Origin: the human T2T-CHM13v2.0 reference genome, Homo sapiens
Assembly (NCBI RefSeq): GCF_009914755.1
Contig: NC_060945.1
Strand: one strand, 5' to 3'
Length of the DNA: 64,000 nt
Below the pieces are notes generated by a model, which was not told where the DNA came from, made no database searches, and worked only from the letters and a program-made list of their open reading frames with translations. Within the stretch, counting starts at the first letter, position 1. Every line of letters starts with the position of its first letter. This document shows, piece by piece, positions 53,391-64,000 of this stretch. A program made the position numbers and the translations under genes.

Positions 53391-54899
53391 GATATTTCGT
53401 TTTCTTATGTCAAGATCTATCATCAAGACAATAACTTACAGAGTTCTGACCATGTGTCACGCCTCTCACGCTAACTCCATGAGACAAGCGTGATGTCCAT
53501 TTTACAAATAAAGGCAAGAGCCTAAAGAGAAAGTACTTTCCTAAATTCAGAAGACCAGTTCATACACAGCTGGGATTATGAACCCAGGTCTCACTGGCTC
53601 TAGAGCCGCATTCTTTCCACTACACTACGATGCCTCCCAGATCAGCCTTCACTGGAACACAGGGTATGAACGCAAAGGGAACCTACCCTCTTAGGTCAGT
53701 CAAAGGTTCAAATCCAAAATTTATAATAAAAACTCACAAACAAATAGATGTGTCAAATGCTCATATAGATTTTTAAAATTATTACTCTATCTTAAAATGA
53801 AAACCAATTTTGAGCCAAGGTCAATAACAAAAAACGTGGCCGTTAGCACTAAAGAGAAGTCTTGATGATTATCTAAACTTGCCCGTATCCCTGACCACAC
53901 AGCCATTCGTCCAGAAACGATTTTATTCAGGCAGGTAGAAAAGAGTGGCCAGTTTCTTCTCTTTATTTGCTTGGGGCATTTGAAAGGTCAGCATAATACT
54001 TGTGACTCAGGAGCCTGAGAAAGCGTTTGCTATAATAGAATGCCAAGGAGTGTGGGGGATAGGAACGTGGACAGGACAGCTTGGATCCTTTTAAACACCT
54101 CAATTTAATGCAATTTCCACCAAATGCAACGTGTCAAGGGCATGACTGAATGTGGTTTCAGTGTTATACTTTAGAAATGTTTCATACTGATACATTTACA
54201 AATGAGAAGAAATCAGTTATACTACTTTTTCATTCAGAAAATAGCCACCAAAACTCTAAATACTAAATTCAATAAGGTTTACAATGTATAACCTAACACC
54301 ACAAAATGCTCAAGGAAATGTTATCAACTACGTTCACTTCAACTTATCAGGAGCCTTACTTTTATTTTTTAAAACTTTAAGAGCCAAACCCTTCCTCCAG
54401 GTGGCAGTATATAACTGTTTGTTTTAATCATTTCCACAGGATCTAGTGGGACTAGAGCTTTGTGCATAATCTTTCCTATATTTTCATAATACTACTTCCT
54501 AGTTTTCTTTGAAATTAGTGTGAATATCACTGTGTCTTTTGCTGGTCTCAGACAACAACTCAGTATCATAAGACAGGCCCGCTGGCCACAACATCCTTAG
54601 GCTGGTTGGACTAAAGCCAGGTTTAGTGAACAAAACTAAAACTATATCTCAAGAAGCGTTTGTACTTTAAAATATATTTTCAATGCAACCACGATATCTG
54701 GAACTAGAAATCTGGAAATTCAGTAGTTTTATACATAAATGCACTTAATGATGAAATAGCTCACATCTTCCCTTTCTTTTATTAAATCAATAATGTTGCA
54801 ACTTTCCCTGTTTTCAAAAACTGGATGAGAAGATCACCAGATTTTAAGAAAAAAATTGCTTACCTAGGGCTCTTGAGTTCTCACAAAATCAGGATCATT

Positions 54900-56120
<1,221 letters not shown>

Positions 56121-57971
56121 TTATCCTAAATGAATGTAGGCAACAAACATAGTAATAGTAGCAGTGCCTGTGACTCCGTCACGAATGGAAATCACAGTTA
56201 TTTTCATATCATGTTTTAGCTGCTGCTAGTGTCTCAAAATATTATTTATGCTCATCGTTACCTCAGAACAGTGGTAGCTATTAGATCTACTGCTAGGTCT
56301 TGTAATTTAATGGTCTAGCTATTAGGTCTATGTCTACCTATTAAGCCTTATAATTTAATAAGCTAATAAATAAGAACATATATTACCAATAATTCAAAAA
56401 ATATTTTTGAGAACTATTTCAATATATTTAGGGCACAGGTAAGCCTATGTATTCTATTTTACGCGATTGAAAATATCATTCTGAGAAGGGGTCTGGAGGC
56501 TCCACCAGGCTACCAAAAGTATCCAAAGGACAAAATAATTAAGAACCTTGGTTGAAACAGAGGTTTTGCAAGACTGTGGCATTTGCATCCTTACAGATCT
56601 ATGGGCTGGAGACCTTCTGCAACAGGCCAAGAAATAATACCATGGTCTCCCTGTACTTAAGATTCTTTTAAAATACATATATAGCTATCTGCATACAAAA
56701 ATTGTAGATCCAAACAGACTAAAGAGACCACACAATGGGCAAGGCTTAAAAATAATGAGTCCATACAATTTCAAAAACTATGTCTGAAGTACCTATACCT
56801 CTTATGTGAAAAATATGAGGAACATGGAACCTGGTTAGGCATGATCCCTATAATTCAGGATGCAAAATACTCATTAACCCCAAGATGCAAAATATATAAT
56901 CTAATAACTCTTCTAGTGTTAGCAGGAAAGCACTTCCCTTTTTTAAGTAAGAAAAAAGGGTTTTCTTTCCTTTACTCATACAGCAGCACCAAGACTGGCC
57001 TTTTCCCCAGGCCAGAAAAAGAATACATCAGCCCTCTCTGTTAAATGTACTGAACACAGAACAGTTACTGATTTAAGTGATAGTTGGAAAAGGGCTCATT
57101 ATTTTGATAATCTTCTATTGCATAACGTGCTATAAGTGTTACAAAAGCACACGCTCTCTTACATTTCCTTAAAAGCCCTTAAAGGGGCACAAGGTAACTT
57201 TTCAGATAACAGAAATGTTCCAAAGCATGATCACAGCAGTGGAAACAAGACTGTATACATTTGTCAAAACTCATTGGATTGTGTCCTTAAAGTTGGCAAG
57301 AGTTTCCTTAAATGTAAAGTATACCTCAATAAAGTTGACTAAAAACACAATTTCCTACTCATTTTTAAATCATGCTTCCCTTTTCCAAAAAGAGAATAAT
57401 ACTTGGGTTTAAATGTTCAGTTCCGCTTTCTGTGGTGAAACCCTCTCTGAAGTCACTGTTATTCACACATCCATGGCAAGCAGTCAGAGCCCCCAGAGGA
57501 ATGACTAAGAACAGAGAGAGCACAGGAACTCCAAAATAGAGGCGCCTTGCTCCCAAAATGTTTCTTTCCTGGAACTGACAAACGCACCACTTTGCTAAAG
57601 AGCAAAGAGCTTGTCACTGGGCTTACTGCAATAACAACCATTGTAATTTACCAAGTAAGCATATTATCTCTAATCTTTGTAAAATCCTAGAAATTAAGTA
57701 TTAGCATTTCATTTTTTTTTCTTGGCTAGTTCCATATGATTAGTAAGCAGGTCTGATTCAGAACCCCAGTCCCATAAGTATGTTCAAACTCAAATATATG
57801 TAAATGTCCCCGAGAAGCTATATAAATACAGTTCCAAAAGACTAGGACATAGATGGCAGCTTTTTTCACCCAACAAGATTTGATCCAGCAGTTTCAACAT
57901 GGCTACGGATGTCACACAAAATTAGAATTAGCACTGTTTTCTGTAACAACAACCAGCTGATTTTTAAGTCA

Positions 57972-58330
<359 letters not shown>

Positions 58331-58628
58331 AGATTGCCAATGCAAGGAAAGCTAGTATTATAATAATGACTAAAGTTCTATCTAAGAGATAGCTCTAGAT
58401 TTTGATTTGTCATGATAGCACTGCACTGCTTCGTGCGTAAACAAAGGTGATCATTCCACTCTGGAATACTGAGCTAAGTAGGGCCATCTCCACCAACTTA
58501 AGGGCTATGAATGAAGCTCATTTATTTTTGAACTCGTTCCACTCCACCAACTACAATTAACACGAGAACACTCATAATTTGAAGATAATCTCCCATAAAG
58601 TGTGCTTGGACAACAGTCATAACATTAC

Positions 58629-58733
58629 CAGCTCATAGATGTCTTCCTCGGGCTGTGGAACATAGAGCTGCATTTTGTTTTCTATTAGAAATTTCAGGCG
58701 CAGGTAATGAGCAGAATGATCCAGTTGATGTGT
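58629..58733 (-). CDS. TIAM1: TIAM1 coding exon, C-terminal part of Ras-binding domain (THQLDHSAHYLRLKFLIENKMQLYVPQPEEDIYEL), 105 nt, phase 0-0
   Basis: Manual translation matches recalled TIAM1 sequence; acceptor ...gtcccag|ACA, donor CTG|gtaatg. Confidence 0.96.
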
Positions 58734-58834
58734 CTGGGACAAAAAAGAAAGAAAGAAAGAAAATGTCTGTTCAATAGTAAATAGGCACAATTAGTTCTCC
58801 ACCAACATACGATGTATTCCTATGACCAATAGAG

Positions 58835-59143
<309 letters not shown>

Positions 59144-61404
59144 CAATAGAAATTTGATGCTGAATGGGGGTATAAAGTTTCTATACTTCTTAAAAAGTTT
59201 ACATCGTAAATGCAAAGTTTTAAAATAACTTTCATTGAACACACTGGTAACATTCCAAGGGTATCTTAGGATTCAATGGAAACAACTGACTCACATCTCC
59301 ACGCCTCCTTATTTGATTCATTGTGCTCTCTAACACTGGTAAAATTTTCAACACAACACAGCAGATCAAAAAGGTTCTTAAATATAACTTCATAGATAGG
59401 TGATTAAAGAAAAGGGTAACAAGAAAGGTAAGAAAATACTGTATTTACAATGAGAGAAAAAAGCTGTGCCCAGGCAAAGTTGTTTTTTTAACCACATAGG
59501 GACAGTGGGACAGTTGTTAACAGTTCATTTGCAAGCGAGTCAGTGTGAAGACAAGGCTTTTGGACTTCAATCTTATTTATATACTCCCCAAGTGAGACTC
59601 CCTCCAGGGGCAGTGCTAATAGGCGTGTGTCCAACTATGGAAACACACTGAATGACTCGCTCAAAGAAAACAATTCTAAAATTGAAATTTTCAAGGACCC
59701 TTTAGTCCAGGATGGAACAATAGATTTTTTCTTCCTGTCTAAAAAGTAATCTTTGAATTAATTTTGAGGAATAAGTAATAATACCAACATGGTTTTATAA
59801 ATCATTCTCAGTAGACAGTCAAGAGGATACAGGGAAAAAAAGAAAATGCTCTCCAAAAGTTACACAGCAACATGAAAATATATTGCTAGAGAGAAAATGT
59901 TTAAACCAAGTGATTTTTTTAAGCATCCTTATCTTTTAGGGGTACATCCTAAAGCGCTAATAGATAGAAATGATATAATGTCTGGAATTTGCTTCCAAAA
60001 CAAATAAGAGTTGGGGGTGGGAGTGAGTAAATCGATAAAACTTAATTTGATCATTACAGATGCTAGGTGATAGATACATGAGAATTTATTACATTGTTCC
60101 CTACTTTTATACAAATTGGACATTTTTCACAAAATAAATATAAAACCTCTTCACATTCAAAGCTCTGCAGGTGAGAATTATTTCAAAATAAATAAAGTTA
60201 ATTTTAACTGGTTCAGTACTCTTTCTACTTACCCCACCCTCAAAATAATATTTTTAAAGCCAAACTAACAGCATTCCAATAACCATTCCAGTAATATATA
60301 TTCAGTTACACTTAACGAACTCTTAGATACGCCAGACACCATGTGCAGTAGTGAGAATACAGAAACTAATACAACATAAATGCAGTCTTCAGGAGTGTCT
60401 GCAGCTGCAGGTAAAAGCTATGTAGATGTGGAAGGTGAGGCAGCAGTGGTTTAGCATTTTAAATAAATATGTACATGCAGGACAGGCAACCTGCATTCTT
60501 GTAAAAGCACATTTCCAGAAAGTGGAAATGAGTTCACTCTGAACACATAGCAGAAGGATAAAGTTTTCTATCAGTGATTCTTGGGAACCCCAACCTTTCT
60601 CCTCTCCTGAGTAATATGATAGTTTGCAGCCTGCTGTGCCAGACACAGATGCCATTCACCGAACATGTCCCAGTGCACCTGGCTTTTGTCCTTTCACTGC
60701 CTATATTTGAGACCAGATGCTCAATGTCTGACAGATCCAAGATTGTTGATGTCAAAGATAATAAGGCTGGAGGCGAAAGCCCAGGGAACATAAAACAGGA
60801 ACTTTTTAAGTGTGCTACTTACTGCTGGAGAATCATCAAGATAAATAAACAACAACAAAATACTAATATTTAGGGTGATGTGATGAGCAAGAAAAGTTTT
60901 CCTAAGAGAGATCGAAGCTGCAAATGTTTCCCACCTACCTGGGTCCTCACTGAAATCTTTAATTAGAAGCAAAAATTTTGGTTCACCATCTGTTTCCGAC
61001 TGAGGCGGAAGGGAAAGAAATGAAATTTCATGGGTTCTTAGTAACAGGAACAAATTCACTTGGAAACCTTATCATCATCATTAATAAACACTTTGTGGGC
61101 ACTCCTTAATGAGACTGCCACTGAAACAGACTGTCTTCCAGAAATCAGGCCAAAACAGCAACCTCACCCAAGAAGTTCTGGTTCCTGAAACTTCAGTGTG
61201 AGAGACAGCCCACTGTCAGGCACAAATAGCCTAAGGTGGTCCTGGTGTGGACTGCGGAGAACTGCAGCATCCCCTAAATGCTACAGTACTGAAAACATTT
61301 ATACAAACATGCAGAGAATGTCAAGGCACCTCACTTGAATTGTGTAATGCATTGCAGAGAACTAAAGAATGATAAATATAGCAATGGTAATAAGAATGAT
61401 TCTT

Positions 61405-61720
61405 GGCTGGGCATGGTGGCTCATGCCTGTAATCCCATCACTTTGGGAGGCCAAGGTGGGCTAGTTGCTTAAGCCCAGGAGTTTGACCAGCCTGGGTAAC
61501 ATGGTGAAACCCTGTCTGTATCAAAAATACAAAACTTAGCCACGCATGGTGGGGTGAGCCTGTAGTCCCTGTAGGCTACTCAGGAAGTTGAGGCGGGAGG
61601 ATTGCTTGAGCCTGGGAGGGCAAGGCTGCAGTGAGCTATGACTACACCACTGTACTTCAGCCGGGGGACAGAGTGAGACCCTGTCTCAAAAAAAATTAAT
61701 AAATAAGTAAAAGGAAAAAA
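61405..61720 (+). mobile_element. AluJ
   Basis: Diverged dimer. Confidence 0.88.
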
Positions 61721-63468
61721 AGATTATTGCCACAAACCATCATATTTTTCAAACTTCTTTAAGTTACAATAATGTCTTGATAACTTTAAAAAATAAAAAT
61801 CAGCACAAGCAGCAAACATGAAAATTATAATGGTCTTACTTGTAACTTAAGAGCCCTAATTTTGGTCAGTAAATAGTTACTCTCAAAACAGGACATTGGA
61901 TCAAAATATATACCAGTGTGTCTTACTATTTTGGTAAAAGTTTCTGAATTATGAGCCCTTGTTAATCACGGCTGGTCTAACATAAAAATAAAATCCTAAT
62001 GAATTAATTAAATCAGATCATCAGAACGATCAAGAAGAATTTTATGCTCCTTAGATACCTGTTAGTCAATATCAAAGCAAGTCAAACAACTAACCATGTT
62101 CAGAATACATCTTTGTGCAAAGGAATTTCAAATGTTAATGAATATTTAAACATAGTAATTCTAAATGTGTGGCCTTGCTTTAGACATAAAACATTCAAGT
62201 GAAAACTCAAAAGAAAATTGAGACTCGTAAAACATTCAAGGAAAATTCAGTTAGGAAAAAATTTAAATGGTATAAATTTGTTTTCCAATGTACATGTACT
62301 TAAGTTACTTAGCATTTGATGCATTTTGAGGCAATGCAGCCGCAAATTATACCCTAAGTATTATGGTACAACAATTTTTAGTTTAGTTGGCATAATTTTT
62401 TAAATTCGCATCTTACTATGACTATTTCAAAGGATGAAACAGCAAAACACAATGTAGATATTTTCAGTAAATAGTTTGCACCAATTAAAATAGATAACAT
62501 GTCTCAGAATTTACTGCCTTAGAGCTCCTAATCCATTATGTTTTGCTATTTTTCTTCATATTCTTCCATTTCAGTCAAACTTCTAGAAGACATACAAACA
62601 TGCAATTACTGCATACACAAATGCAAACATGTAGTCACTGCATACAGAAATATGTATACACACACACACACACAAAGTGCTATTGTAGAATTTCTAAAGA
62701 TATTTTCCCTCCCCTTCAAAGTAACCTTTTCTTTCTCTAAACGCCAATGGTTATAGCATATCCAAAGCCACAGAATGACGTAGTAAAAGCATGAAATAAA
62801 ACTGACACATGGTCACATGTGAATAATATCAGTAGGTATAAATGAATGAAAATATGTTGCAATTATTTTTGTAGTTGTAACGATCAGAATATATCCAAAA
62901 CCTACAGGGCAACATGGTTACCTGCTATATTTAGCAACAATCATTCCAGTAACATCTGTGACATGAATTGTATATGAAATGAAGATCTTGAAACATTTAC
63001 TATACCAGAACTTGACTGGTGCTCAGATGGCAGATGGCAAACTGATGTGAAATGATGTGGATCAGATAGAATAGGAAAGAGAATGAGCTGAATGCAAGAG
63101 ACAGAAGAAACAGATTGATTATTAAATATTAGAGAAAGCATCTATCACCAAACATTGAGAATAACAATAATGAAACAAAAGACAGGCATTTTTACAATCA
63201 TGTTTGTTTTCAATGAGGAAAAAAAAACCATTCGCCATTATATCAGATTGTTAATAACATGGGACACTGTTTTCCCCATTATCTCCTTCCCTCTTAAGAA
63301 TAAAATCAGATCCACTAATTACAATAAGGTGTTTTCCAAGGAAGAAACAAGCTTTAGAAGGCACCTGGCCCTGAGCATACTATATCACTTTTCCTACATG
63401 GGTGCTTTTCCAAAGACCATCAATTTCTGAAATGCACACACAAGTCTTCCAGTTTTAAACTCATGAGA

Positions 63469-63609
63469 TTTTTTATGTGTGTGTATTTTTAGTACAGATG
63501 GGGTTTTGCCATGTTGGCCAGGCTGCTCTCGAACTCCTGGCCTCAAGTGATCTGCCCTCCTCAGCCTCCCAAAGTACTGGGATTACAGGTGTGAGCCACC
63601 GTGCCCGGC
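63469..63609 (-). mobile_element. Alu left monomer (FLAM_C-like) with TSD TAAACTCATGAGAT
   Basis: Single monomer flanked by a 14-bp direct repeat. Confidence 0.85.
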
Positions 63610-64000
63610 ATAAACTCATGAGATAGAAGCTTGTTCCACATCACGTTGTTTTTGCTTTTATTTCTATGTCTTGGGAAAAAGACCTGAAGGCCCAGGGAAA
63701 ATTGGACAGGACTAACTTTTACTGTTGGAGAAAGGGATTTTGTACCTTAATGATGCCATCAGAAACCTTTCAGGTGACAGAAATAAACACTTTAAAGGGG
63801 ATCAGGTCCACTACATTATCTAGATATGGTCTCTAACTGTCAATGACAATACTATTCTTCATTCCCCTAGTTTCTTCCAAAGCAAAAGCTTGAAACATAC
63901 GTAAAGTGGGCCAATCATTCATTGCTTCACTCACTGATCAATCTTCCACCAATCAATGGTAATCGGAAAACTTTGGCTTAACCTTCGATTCCTGATCCAG

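Overview
Primate (very likely human) intragenic DNA. The minus strand carries nine consecutive coding exons of TIAM1, a Rac1 GEF (chr21 in human). They encode the end of the Ras-binding domain, the whole PDZ domain, the linker and the first ~two-thirds of the DH domain. All have GT-AG boundaries and matching phases; the gene starts and ends outside the window. The introns are dense with Alus, L1/L2/MIR fragments, MaLR/ERV solo LTRs and Tigger/Charlie MITEs. Almost all ORFs in the supplied track are Alu-derived or random. The best hunt result is a candidate internal promoter plus alternative first coding exon (16187-16276, MMSALWKIKRKPRIENNDKSGDSMYRTLHL) in the intron just before the DH exons. 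It would splice in frame to give a short DH-PH-only TIAM1, analogous to TIAM2S. It has a CCAAT box, AP-1 and TEAD motifs, a (GT)22 tract and a uORF whose stop overlaps the start codon. I cannot tell from sequence whether this isoform is already annotated. Repeat family names are from recalled consensus sequences and their boundaries are approximate.
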